64,000 nt of DNA, taken from an uncultured Bacilli bacterium. GTDB lineage: Bacteria; Bacillota_I; Bacilli_A; RF39; UBA660. The notes beneath the pieces were generated by a model. The model saw nothing but the letters and a program-made list of their open reading frames with translations, had not been told where the DNA came from and made no database searches. This document shows positions 27,776-38,143 of this stretch, in pieces. Location of the stretch: positions 1,094-65,093 of the forward strand of contig CAKOLH010000005.1 of the NCBI GenBank assembly GCA_934096105.1. The letters run 5' to 3'. Made by a program: the position numbers and the translations under genes. How positions within the stretch are numbered: position 1 is the first letter of the stretch; each line of letters starts with the position of its first letter.

Positions 27776-28306
27776 ATGAAAACAACTGGAGTTATAAGAA
27801 GAATTGATGAACTTGGTAGAATTGTTATACCAAAAGAAATTAGAAAGAGTTTAAGAATTAAAAATGGTGAAAGTTTAGAAGTTTATTTGGATGGTGATAG
27901 TATTATATTAAAGAAATTTTCACAAATTGAAAGTTTAGAGAGTATTTCTGTTGATTATGTAGAGGCATTTAATCAAATTATTAAACATAATATTATTGTT
28001 ACTGATAGAGATAAAGTGGTTGCTGTTAGTGGCCCTTTGAAGAAGAAGTATTTGGGTAAAAATATTAATGAATTTACTGAACGTTCTATTGAAAGAAGGG
28101 ATTCTTTTTCTGAAAAGCAAAAGAAGGAGTTTAAAATTATTGAAGATGAAGAAGATGTTGGTTATTATACTTTTGCTTCGATTGTTAATAATGGTGATGC
28201 TATTGGTAGTGTAATATTGATATCTTTAGATACTCCTTTGTCTGATACTGAAGATAAACTAGCTATTGTTTTATCTAATTTACTTAGTAAACAATTTATT
28301 GATTAA
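27776..28306 (+). CDS. spoVT: AbrB-family regulator SpoVT (AbrB swapped-hairpin N-domain plus GAF-like C-domain)
   Basis: MKTTGVIRRIDELGRIVIPKEIRKSLRI plus a C-terminal domain of about 120 aa. Follows mfd as in B. subtilis. Confidence 0.85.
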   Translation: MKTTGVIRRIDELGRIVIPKEIRKSLRIKNGESLEVYLDGDSIILKKFSQIESLESISVDYVEAFNQIIKHNIIVTDRDKVVAVSGPLKKKYLGKNINEFTERSIERRDSFSEKQKKEFKIIEDEEDVGYYTFASIVNNGDAIGSVILISLDTPLSDTEDKLAIVLSNLLSKQFID

Positions 28307-28310
28307 TTTA

Positions 28311-28425
28311 TTTATGTTCACTAGTAAGCCTTATGTATAAGTCTTACTAGTGTTATTTTTAGCCTGTAGTCTAAAAATAATGTACCAACCGTACATATTA
28401 TATATAAGCAGGTTATATATATTAA
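28311..28425 (-). repeat. Twin-hairpin intergenic repeat, copy D-minus (full copy, inverted orientation)
   Basis: Read on the minus strand it has three parts. The 5' box is gcttatatataatatgtacggttggtaca. Hairpin 1 at 28353-28380 is ttatttttag-actacagg-ctaaaaataa. Hairpin 2 at 28319-28352 is cactagtaag-acttatacataagg-cttactagtg, followed by aacataaa. Confidence 0.75.
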
Positions 28426-28463
28426 GAAATTAATTTTAGTAGTTATATAATATGAAATGCTTT

Positions 28464-28516
28464 AATACTGAGACTTTAGGCTCAGTATTGCTTAGAGAGA
28501 CCTTATGCTCTCTAAG
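28464..28516 (+). repeat. Twin-hairpin intergenic repeat, copy D-plus (hairpin pair only)
   Basis: Hairpin 1 at 28464-28489 (aatactgag-actttagg-ctcagtatt). Hairpin 2 at 28491-28516 (cttagagag-accttatg-ctctctaag). Confidence 0.65.
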
Positions 28517-28536
28517 AAAAAAATAATAAATAATAC

Positions 28537-28565
28537 TTGAAAATATATCTATTGTATGATAAAAT
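28537..28565 (+). promoter_or_regulatory. Sigma-A-type promoter of the T-box leader (TTGAAA-17 nt-TAAAAT)
   Basis: -35 at 28537-28542, 17-nt spacer, -10 at 28560-28565. Confidence 0.5.
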
Positions 28566-28571
28566 ACTTTG

Positions 28572-28790
28572 TGTAAAGCGAAGAAGGAAAGAGTATTAGT
28601 AATATTTATAGAGAGTCTATGTTTGGTGGAAATAGATAAGAAAAGCTATTATAAATGGTTCTGGAGCAGTTATATCTAATAGGTATAAACGGTTGTTACG
28701 TTATAACTTAATGAGTGTATATATTATAAAATAAGGTGGTACCGCGGAATATTTTTCGTCCTTTGGTTAGCCTTATTTTTTTATTTTATG
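28572..28790 (+). promoter_or_regulatory. T-box riboswitch leader, probable Met specifier (AUG at 28655-28657)
   Basis: Stem I start AAAGCGAAGAAGGAAAGAGTA, AGAGAG box and distal GGTGGAAA. The candidate specifier is ataaATGg. The conserved T-box sequence AAATAAGGTGGTACCGCGG lies at 28729-28747. A terminator-like helix (ATAAGG...CCTTAT) with T7 lies at about 28731-28783. The downstream operon contains metG. Confidence 0.8.
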
Positions 28791-28800
28791 GAGGTATGTA

Positions 28801-30814
<2,014 letters not shown>

Positions 30815-30816
30815 TT

Positions 30817-30841
30817 AGAGGACTTTAATGGTCCTCTTTTT
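30817..30841 (+). terminator. Rho-independent terminator after metG
   Basis: Stem agaggac/gtcctct followed by TTTT. Confidence 0.8.
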
Positions 30842-30941
30842 ACATTTTGTTAGTGTAAAATAATAGAAAATGTGTTTACTAATTTATTAAAGTATGATAT
30901 ATTCTTAGTGTAGTACCTGCAGTGGAAAAGGAGAAAAAGGT

Positions 30942-31103
30942 ATGCTTAACACTAGAAAATGGAACCTTATTTTTAAGATATCTTGTGGTATTTTAGCTGG
31001 TGTGTTGGTTTCTTTTGTTGTTGTAGGTAGTAATATTCTTGATTTATTATACTTAGGTATAATAGTTGTGCTATTTTTTAAATATGTAGCTAATAAAAAG
31101 TAA
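30942..31103 (+). CDS. Small hydrophobic protein (53 aa), hypothetical
   Basis: My own translation gives MLNTRKWNLIFKISCGILAGVLVSFVVVGSNILDLLYLGIIVVLFFKYVANKK. AGGAG lies 8 nt upstream. It is below the ORF-track size cut-off. Confidence 0.4.
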   Translation: MLNTRKWNLIFKISCGILAGVLVSFVVVGSNILDLLYLGIIVVLFFKYVANKK

Positions 31104-31150
31104 AATAATTATACTATATTAGTATGATTTTTTTATTGGAGGTGTTTTTA

Positions 31151-31906
31151 ATGTATATTGATACGCATTGTCATGTGCTTAGTGAATACTATGATAATAT
31201 TGAAAAAATTGTTAGAAAATGCAAAGAAAATAATGTTACTAAGATTATAGTTAGTGGCTGTGATATGAAATCTAATATAGAGGTTTTGAAACTGGTTAAT
31301 AAGTATGATATTATTTATGGTACTATTGGATTTCATCCTACGGAATTGGATGGCTTTAAAGAAGATTATTTTGATTTTTTAATAGATAATATTAATAATA
31401 ATAAAATTGTTGGTATAGGTGAAATTGGACTTGATTATCATTATGAAGATACTGATAAAGAAATGCAAAGAATAGTTTTTAATAGACAACTTGAAATTGC
31501 TGAAAAATTTAATAAACCAGTTGTTGTTCACAGTAGAGATTCTATTGGGGAAACATATAATATATTAAGTAAATATAATTTAAGAGGCAGTATACATTGT
31601 TTTAGTGGTTCATTAGAAATGGCTAAATTATTTACTAAATTAGGATATAAGTTGGGAGTTGGAGGTATAATTACTTTTAAAAATGCTAAAAATATTAAAG
31701 AAGTAGTAAAAAATATAGATTTATCATATATTTTATTAGAAACTGATAGTCCATATCTTAGTCCTGAACCTTATCGAGGTAGTAAAAATGATCCTTCTAA
31801 TATACCAGTTATTGCTGAATGTATTGCTAGTATTAAAGGTGTAACAAATGCAGATGTTGCAAGGGTTACGACCGCTACTGCAGAGGGGGTATTTGACTTT
31901 TTATAA
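31151..31906 (+). CDS. tatD: TatD-family metal-dependent DNase/hydrolase (YabD)
   Basis: MYIDTHCH, GEIGLDY, VVHSRD, HCFSG and ETDSPYL. The start was moved to ATG 31151, behind GGAGG. Confidence 0.92.
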   Translation: MYIDTHCHVLSEYYDNIEKIVRKCKENNVTKIIVSGCDMKSNIEVLKLVNKYDIIYGTIGFHPTELDGFKEDYFDFLIDNINNNKIVGIGEIGLDYHYEDTDKEMQRIVFNRQLEIAEKFNKPVVVHSRDSIGETYNILSKYNLRGSIHCFSGSLEMAKLFTKLGYKLGVGGIITFKNAKNIKEVVKNIDLSYILLETDSPYLSPEPYRGSKNDPSNIPVIAECIASIKGVTNADVARVTTATAEGVFDFL

Positions 31907-31958
31907 AAAAGATGTTACAATTAATATGCTTTAAAATATTAATGAGGTGAGACATAAT

Positions 31959-32711
31959 ATGAAAAAAGTAGCTGCGAAAATAATAACTATTTCTTCACAG
32001 TTATTAGTGGCTAGTGTATTTTTATTCTTACTATTTTCTAGTGAAACTGGAAATGGTAATGATAAAAGTGTGGTAGTAAACAATAGTAATTTTAATAAAA
32101 TGGCAGATAAAACTTTGTTTCTTTTTAATAGCTTAGAAAATAAAAAAGAAGAAACTGATTCTAGTGTTGTTGTTGAGCTTACTTCTGCTGATGTAGTAGA
32201 GGAACCTAAAGTAGAAGAGAATATTAAACAAGAAACAGTTAAAGAAGAAGTTAGAGAAGAAACTCCTAAAGAAGAAGAAACTAAAGTAACTCCTTTAGAA
32301 CCGGATTTTAGTGATAGAACAGCATTAGAGACATTTGTTGGTAGTTTGACAGGATATGGACCTGACTGCTATGGATGCGGCGGTAGAACTAGTACTGGTT
32401 ATGACTTAAGAGAAAATATATATTATGACGATGCTGAATATGGTACTATTAGAATTGTTGCTGCTGATAAATATTTTCCTTTTTACTCTATAATTAGAAT
32501 AAGTAATGTTCCGGGAATGGAACCATTTATTGCTATAGTACTTGATAGAGGCGGGGATGTTGGCTGGTATAGAAATTCTGTAAGTGGTGAAATAATGTTT
32601 GATAGTCAAAAAGGTACTCTATTTGACCTAGCATTCACTACTGAAAAAGATCCTAATATATTAGGTAAAACAAATAATGTTAAATTTGAAGTTTTAAGAA
32701 GTGGTAGATAA
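31959..32711 (+). CDS. 3D-domain (MltA/RlpA-like double-psi beta-barrel) cell-wall protein, YabE-like
   Basis: N-terminal TM/signal segment, an E/K-rich linker, and a C-terminal 3D domain (TGYGPDCYGCGGRTSTGYDL...IRIVAAD...VLDRGG). Syntenic with B. subtilis yabE after tatD. Confidence 0.75.
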   Translation: MKKVAAKIITISSQLLVASVFLFLLFSSETGNGNDKSVVVNNSNFNKMADKTLFLFNSLENKKEETDSSVVVELTSADVVEEPKVEENIKQETVKEEVREETPKEEETKVTPLEPDFSDRTALETFVGSLTGYGPDCYGCGGRTSTGYDLRENIYYDDAEYGTIRIVAADKYFPFYSIIRISNVPGMEPFIAIVLDRGGDVGWYRNSVSGEIMFDSQKGTLFDLAFTTEKDPNILGKTNNVKFEVLRSGR

Positions 32712-32724
32712 CACTTCTTTTTTT
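32696..32724 (+). terminator. Rho-independent terminator after the 3D-domain gene
   Basis: Stem aagaagtg/cacttctt followed by T5. The stop codon lies in the loop. Confidence 0.7.
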
Positions 32725-32773
32725 CGACATTTTTTTAATTTTTTGTATCATATAATTATATAGAGGTAATGAT

Positions 32774-33700
32774 ATGAAAAAGATAATATTATTTACGGTT
32801 ATAATTATATTTATTCCATTTGTTATAGTAAGCTTTTTTAAAATCGATAAAAAGGAAGAAATAAAACTTAATTATGAGTCTAATACTATTATTAGAATCA
32901 AAAGACTAAGCAGTGGTGAAATTGAATACTTGCCCTTTGAAGAATATATAGTTGGTGTACTTGCTGGTGAAATGCCTATTTATTTTGAAAAAGAGGCATT
33001 TAAGGCTCAAGCAGTGGCTGCGCGAAGTTATGCTTTAAAAAAAATAGAGTATAATAAAGATAATGAGTATGATGTTGTTGATTCAGTTCTTAACCAAGTA
33101 TATTTAGATAATTATTATTTAAAAGAGGCTTGGGGTAATAAGTATGTTGATAACATTAATAAATTAAGGGAAGCAGTTAATGATACTTCTTTGGAATATT
33201 TAGATTATAATGGTGAAGTTATTGATGCATTGTTTTTTTCTACAAGTAATGGATATACTGAAAATGCTTCTTTGGTATTTAATATTGATTTACCTTATTT
33301 ACAGAGTGTTACATCTATGTGGGATAGTTCCACTAGTAGTGCTTTTAAGAGTACTAAAAAAATTTCTAGTAGTGATTTTTATTCTTCTTTAGGATTAGAA
33401 AAATCTAATACATTAAACTTTAAAGTTTTAAAAAGAAGTAGTACTAATAGAATATTAAATCTTAGTATTAATGGCAAAGAATTTACCGGCAGAGAATTAT
33501 ATGATAAACTTGGTTTAAAATCTACTGATTTTTCTTTGAAACAAGATGGAGATAATATTGTTATTGATACTGTAGGCTATGGTCATGGTGTTGGGATGAG
33601 TCAGTATGGTGCTGAAGGCATGGCACTTGAAGGTTATTCTTATAAAGATATTCTTTCTCATTACTATGTTGGTACTTCAATTAAAAAATTATTAAATTAA
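32774..33700 (+). CDS. spoIID: Stage II sporulation protein D (SpoIID/LytB-domain lytic transglycosylase)
   Basis: N-terminal TM segment, then EEYIVGVLAGEMP..F..EAFKAQAVAARSYAL, FFSTSNGYTEN and GHGVGMSQYGA. Confidence 0.88.
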   Translation: MKKIILFTVIIIFIPFVIVSFFKIDKKEEIKLNYESNTIIRIKRLSSGEIEYLPFEEYIVGVLAGEMPIYFEKEAFKAQAVAARSYALKKIEYNKDNEYDVVDSVLNQVYLDNYYLKEAWGNKYVDNINKLREAVNDTSLEYLDYNGEVIDALFFSTSNGYTENASLVFNIDLPYLQSVTSMWDSSTSSAFKSTKKISSSDFYSSLGLEKSNTLNFKVLKRSSTNRILNLSINGKEFTGRELYDKLGLKSTDFSLKQDGDNIVIDTVGYGHGVGMSQYGAEGMALEGYSYKDILSHYYVGTSIKKLLN

Positions 33701-33747
33701 TGTATATATTTTTTAATTTAGGAAACAATTATAGTAGAGGTGAGAAT

Positions 33748-34389
33748 ATGAAAATGAAAAGAGTTAAGCCACTCTTAGTACCTATGATTTACGGAGTATG
33801 TGTTATTGCATTTTTGTTTTGTATGTATTTTGCAGGTAAACTATCTAATAATTTGTTATTTAAAGATAAGGAAAATACTAACTATGTTGATGGTGAAATT
33901 GTATCTGAATATGATAAAGATGTACCGGTAGTTAGTACTAGTTCTAAAATAGTAAGACCTTATTTAGATAGTAAGGTTTCTATTTATAAGACTTTTTATG
34001 ACTATCAAGGTGAGGCTGATAATCAGGAAAAATCTATTATTCTTTATGAAGATACCTATATGCAAAACTCTGGTGTTGATTATACTAGTGAAAGTTCATT
34101 TGATGTAATTAGTATTCTTGATGGTACAGTAATAAATGTTTATGAAAATAAAATTCTTGGTACTTCTATTGAAGTTAGACATAGTAATGAACTTATTAGT
34201 GTTTATCAAAGCTTGTCTGAGGTTACTGTAAAAGAGGGAGATAATGTTATTCAGGGGCAAATACTTGCTAAAAGTGGTTTATCTAATATTAATAAAGAGT
34301 TGAATAATCACTTACATTTTGAATTATATTATAAAGGCTCTATAGTTAATCCAGAAGAATATTATAATAAATCTGTTGATGAATTATAG
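33748..34389 (+). CDS. Membrane-anchored M23/LytM-domain protein, SpoIIQ-like
   Basis: One TM segment plus a LytM domain carrying HLHFE, but with NSGVDY where HxGxD is expected (first Zn ligand His replaced by Asn). It sits between spoIID and spoIIID, as spoIIQ does in clostridia as I recall. The start was moved to ATG 33748, behind AGAGGTGAG. Confidence 0.6.
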   Translation: MKMKRVKPLLVPMIYGVCVIAFLFCMYFAGKLSNNLLFKDKENTNYVDGEIVSEYDKDVPVVSTSSKIVRPYLDSKVSIYKTFYDYQGEADNQEKSIILYEDTYMQNSGVDYTSESSFDVISILDGTVINVYENKILGTSIEVRHSNELISVYQSLSEVTVKEGDNVIQGQILAKSGLSNINKELNNHLHFELYYKGSIVNPEEYYNKSVDEL

Positions 34390-34451
34390 GCAATAAGCCT
34401 TTTTTTACATAATATGTTATCTTATAAATATAATTTTATAGGTGAGCATAT

Positions 34452-34739
34452 ATGGATAAGAAAATTATTTCTAGAGTAATCGAAGAGGCTAACTATATTA
34501 TTGATACTAATGAAACTATTAGGGAGGTATCTTTAATATTTGGCGTATCTAAGAGTACTGTACATAAGGACATGAGAGAAAAGTTGGTGTTACTTGACAG
34601 TGCTTTATATAAAAAAGTGTCAAGTGTTTTGGAATATCATACTTATATTAAGCATATTAGAGGGGGACAGGCTACAAAAGATAAGTTTTTAGATAAAAAA
34701 AGGGAATCTACTCTATTAAAAAATGTTAAATTGTGGTAA
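34452..34739 (+). CDS. spoIIID: Sporulation transcriptional regulator SpoIIID
   Basis: About 95 aa with an HTH: IREVSLIFGVSKSTVHKDM. The conserved N-terminus is IISRVIEEANYII. Adjacent to mbl, as in Bacillus and Clostridium. Confidence 0.88.
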   Translation: MDKKIISRVIEEANYIIDTNETIREVSLIFGVSKSTVHKDMREKLVLLDSALYKKVSSVLEYHTYIKHIRGGQATKDKFLDKKRESTLLKNVKLW

Positions 34740-34763
34740 AATGTAAATGAGGATGGTGATTTT

Positions 34764-35756
34764 ATGTTTAACAAAGATATTGGAATTGACTTAGGAACCG
34801 CTAATGTACTTATATATATTAAGGGACAGGGTATTGTATTAAATGAGCCATCTGTTGTTGCAATAGACGCTGATACTAAAAGGCCTTTAGCGGTAGGAAC
34901 TGAGGCACATGAAATGCTTGGTAGAACTCCTGGTAAGGTGAAGGCTATTAAACCAATGAAAGATGGTGTAATTGCCGACTACGACACTACTGAGGTTATG
35001 CTTAATTATTTTATAAAAAAAGTAAATGGTAAAAGTTTCTTTTCTAGGCCTAGAATATTAATATGTTGTCCATCTAATATTACTCAGGTTGAAAAAAATG
35101 CTATTAAGGAGGCTGCTGAGAGAACTGGAGCTAAAAAGGTATTTTTGGAAGAAGAACCTAAAGTGGCCGCTATTGGTGCTGGTATGGATATATCTAAACC
35201 AAGTGGTAATATGGTAATTGATATTGGTGGTGGTACTACTGATATTGCTATTTTATCTTTGGGTGGTATTGTTAATAGTGCTTCAATTAGAATTGCTGGT
35301 AATGCTTTTGATAATGATATTGTTAAATATATTAAGGATAAATATAAATTGTTGGTAGGAGAGAGAACTGCTGAGGATATTAAAATAAGTATTGGTACTG
35401 TTTTTCCTGGTTCTAGAAATGAGAAAATGGAAGTTAGAGGAAGGGACTTAGTTACTGGTCTTCCTCATACAATTACTTTGACAAGTGATGAAGTAGAAGA
35501 AGCATTAAGGGAAAGTGTTTATACTATTATTCATGCAGTTAAAGGTATACTTGAACAAACTCCTCCAGAATTATCTGCTGATATTATTGATAAAGGTATA
35601 GTACTTACTGGTGGTGGCGCTTTAGTAGATGGGTTTGCTCAAATACTAAGTCAAGAACTTAAAGTGCCTGTATTTATCGCGGAATCTCCACTTACTTGTG
35701 TGGCTGAAGGTACAGGAATACTTTTAGATAATTTGTATATGTTAGAAAGACAATAA
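34764..35756 (+). CDS. mbl: Rod shape-determining actin homolog MreB/Mbl
   Basis: DLGTANVLIY, PSVVA, MVIDIGGGTTDIA and LTGGGA. The position next to spoIIID suggests the Mbl paralog. Confidence 0.9.
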   Translation: MFNKDIGIDLGTANVLIYIKGQGIVLNEPSVVAIDADTKRPLAVGTEAHEMLGRTPGKVKAIKPMKDGVIADYDTTEVMLNYFIKKVNGKSFFSRPRILICCPSNITQVEKNAIKEAAERTGAKKVFLEEEPKVAAIGAGMDISKPSGNMVIDIGGGTTDIAILSLGGIVNSASIRIAGNAFDNDIVKYIKDKYKLLVGERTAEDIKISIGTVFPGSRNEKMEVRGRDLVTGLPHTITLTSDEVEEALRESVYTIIHAVKGILEQTPPELSADIIDKGIVLTGGGALVDGFAQILSQELKVPVFIAESPLTCVAEGTGILLDNLYMLERQ

Positions 35757-35770
35757 TGTCTTTTTCTTTT
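35746..35770 (+). terminator. Rho-independent terminator after mbl
   Basis: Stem aaagaca/tgtcttt followed by a T-rich run. Confidence 0.65.
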
Positions 35771-35855
35771 ATGTAAAATATATGTCAAAGTAAATAAATT
35801 ATATTTAATTTAATTGATTTTTTTAGTATAATTATGTTGAAGGAATGGTGATAAT

Positions 35856-36287
35856 ATGACAATTGGTCTTGCTAGTGATCATCGTGGTTATAAAGCAAAA
35901 AAATTTTTGAAAGATAGTTTATATAAATATGATGTTATTGATTATGGAACTGATACTGAGGATAGTGTTGATTTTCCAGTTTATGCCAAGAAACTAGGAA
36001 CTGCTATTCAAAATGGTGAGGTTGATTTAGGAATTGCTATATGTGGTACTGGTATAGGTATGAGTATTACTTTAAATAAAATGAAAGGTGTATATTGTGC
36101 CAAAGTTTCAAATGAGAGTGAAGCTATTTTATGTAAAGCACACAATGATGCTAATTGTATAGCAATGAGTGAAGAATTAGATGAGGATTTAATGCTAGAT
36201 ATTGTTGATAAATTTATTAATACTCCTTTTACTAATGTAAGTAAATATATAAGAAGAAATGATATGATTAAGGATTTAGAAAAATAA
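35856..36287 (+). CDS. rpiB: Ribose-5-phosphate isomerase B (RpiB/LacAB family)
   Basis: IGLASDHRGY, ICGTGIGMSI and NKMKGVYCA motifs. Confidence 0.88.
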   Translation: MTIGLASDHRGYKAKKFLKDSLYKYDVIDYGTDTEDSVDFPVYAKKLGTAIQNGEVDLGIAICGTGIGMSITLNKMKGVYCAKVSNESEAILCKAHNDANCIAMSEELDEDLMLDIVDKFINTPFTNVSKYIRRNDMIKDLEK

Positions 36288-36475
36288 TGGTTAAGTTCTT
36301 ATTATATTTGTTGGTACTTCCATTGGTTATCTATGCTATGGATAGTGTTAACTTTACTAATATATTTAAAAAAAATAAGATAGTACAAGCTAGAATTTTC
36401 TATATTCTTCTTATATTTGGGTTATCTTATTTAGTATGTAGTTTTATATACGATTTTTTATACATGATTAAGTAA
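36287..36475 (+). CDS. Small membrane protein, DUF1146/YwzB-like
   Basis: Two TM helices. The central segment (K.N.V.QARIFYILL.F.LSY.V..F) resembles B. subtilis YwzB. Its ATG overlaps the rpiB stop. Confidence 0.5.
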   Translation: MVKFLLYLLVLPLVIYAMDSVNFTNIFKKNKIVQARIFYILLIFGLSYLVCSFIYDFLYMIK

Positions 36476-36543
36476 ATTATTACTTAATTTTTTCTTTTAA
36501 TTTTATTTATTATATGGTAAAATATGTAACGTGTGGTGATATT

Positions 36544-37527
36544 ATGTTTAAAATTGGTAATATTGTTATTAAAGGTAATGTAGTACTTGCTCCAATGGCT
36601 GGTGTATGTAATAGTGCTTTTAGAAAAATCATAAAAGAAATGGGATGTCCTTTGGTATATGCTGAAATGGTTAGTGATAAAGGACTTGTTTATGATAGTA
36701 AGAAAACAAAGAATATGCTTTATTTTGAAGAGTGTGAGCGACCTATAGCGCAGCAGATATTTGGAAGTGACAAAGATACTTTTGTAGAGGCTGCTAAAAT
36801 GGTTGAAGAGATTATGCATCCAGATATTATTGATATTAATATGGGATGTCCCGTACCTAAAGTTGCTGTAAAGTCTCAAGCTGGAAGTGCACTTCTTAAG
36901 AATCCAGATAAAATAAGAGACATTGTTAGTGCAGTGGTGAAAGCAGTAACTGTTCCAGTAACTGTTAAAATTAGAAGTGGTTGGGATACAAATAATATTA
37001 ATGCTGTAGAGGTTGCTAAAATATGTGAAGAGGCTGGCGCTAGTGCTATTACTGTTCATGGAAGAACTAGGAGTCAGGGTTATTCTGGAAGTGTTGATTT
37101 AGATATAATAAAAAAAGTTAAAGAGGCTGTATCTATTCCAGTAATAGGTAATGGTGATATTACTAGTATTGAATCTGCTGAAAGGATGTTATCTTATACT
37201 GGATGTGATGCTATTATGATAGGCAGAGGGGTACTTGGGAATCCTTGGTTAATGAAGGAAATTATTACATATCTAGATACTGGTAAGATAATTGATAAAC
37301 CTAGTTATGAAGATAAAATAAATATGTGTTTTCATCACTTGGATTATTTACTTAAAATTAAAGATGAAAAAGTTGCAATACTTGAAATGAGAAGTCATGC
37401 TGCTTGGTATTTAAAGGGACTTCCTGGAGCACAAAGCGTTAAAAATGAAATATTTAAAGCAAAAACTAGTGAAGAACTAAAAAATATTCTTAATAACTAT
37501 TTAAAAGAACTAAAAAATAATGTATAA
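36544..37527 (+). CDS. dusB: tRNA dihydrouridine synthase DusB
   Basis: LAPMAGV, DINMGCP, VTVKIR and HGRTR motifs. The start was moved to ATG 36544 (MFKIGN). Precedes lysS as in B. subtilis. Confidence 0.92.
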   Translation: MFKIGNIVIKGNVVLAPMAGVCNSAFRKIIKEMGCPLVYAEMVSDKGLVYDSKKTKNMLYFEECERPIAQQIFGSDKDTFVEAAKMVEEIMHPDIIDINMGCPVPKVAVKSQAGSALLKNPDKIRDIVSAVVKAVTVPVTVKIRSGWDTNNINAVEVAKICEEAGASAITVHGRTRSQGYSGSVDLDIIKKVKEAVSIPVIGNGDITSIESAERMLSYTGCDAIMIGRGVLGNPWLMKEIITYLDTGKIIDKPSYEDKINMCFHHLDYLLKIKDEKVAILEMRSHAAWYLKGLPGAQSVKNEIFKAKTSEELKNILNNYLKELKNNV

Positions 37528-37549
37528 TATTTACTAGGAGATGAAAATT

Positions 37550-38143
37550 ATGAAGGCAAGTTTTTTCAAGAGAATGGGAGCATTTATATTAGACTATTTT
37601 ATAGTTATATTTATTGTTTCTTTAATAACAATGGGCTTTAATAGTAATAAAACTAGCGATTTAACAGATAAAATGAGTAAACTATTAAGTGATTATCAAA
37701 GTGGTGAAATTACTATAGATGAATATAAAGATGAAACTTATAAAATTAATTATGAATTACAAAAGAGTAATTTGACTACTAATATTGTTTCTGTAACTTT
37801 ATATATTGGATATTTTGTAGTGTTTGCAACTTTAAATAAAGGTCAAACATTAGGTAAAAAACTATTAAAAATTAAAGTAGTAAATAAAGATGGAGATAAA
37901 CCTAGTATATGGAATATGTTACTTAGAAGTTTGTTTATATATAATATAGTTAGTGCTTTATTCAGTATAATATTTGTTAATTTATTAAGTGTTAATACAT
38001 TTACTTATATTTATACAATTGTTGGATATGTAGAATTCTTTGTTATTATAGTATCATTCTTTATGGTAACTTATAAGAAAGATGGCAGAGGTTTACATGA
38101 TATGATTGCAGGAACTAGTGTAATAGAAGAGGTGAAAGAATAA
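37550..38143 (+). CDS. RDD-family membrane protein
   Basis: FFKRMGAFILDYFIV, GQTLGKKLLKIKV and GRGLHDMIAGT (RDD signature). ATG 37550 is preferred because ATG 37541 abuts the RBS. Confidence 0.75.
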   Translation: MKASFFKRMGAFILDYFIVIFIVSLITMGFNSNKTSDLTDKMSKLLSDYQSGEITIDEYKDETYKINYELQKSNLTTNIVSVTLYIGYFVVFATLNKGQTLGKKLLKIKVVNKDGDKPSIWNMLLRSLFIYNIVSALFSIIFVNLLSVNTFTYIYTIVGYVEFFVIIVSFFMVTYKKDGRGLHDMIAGTSVIEEVKE

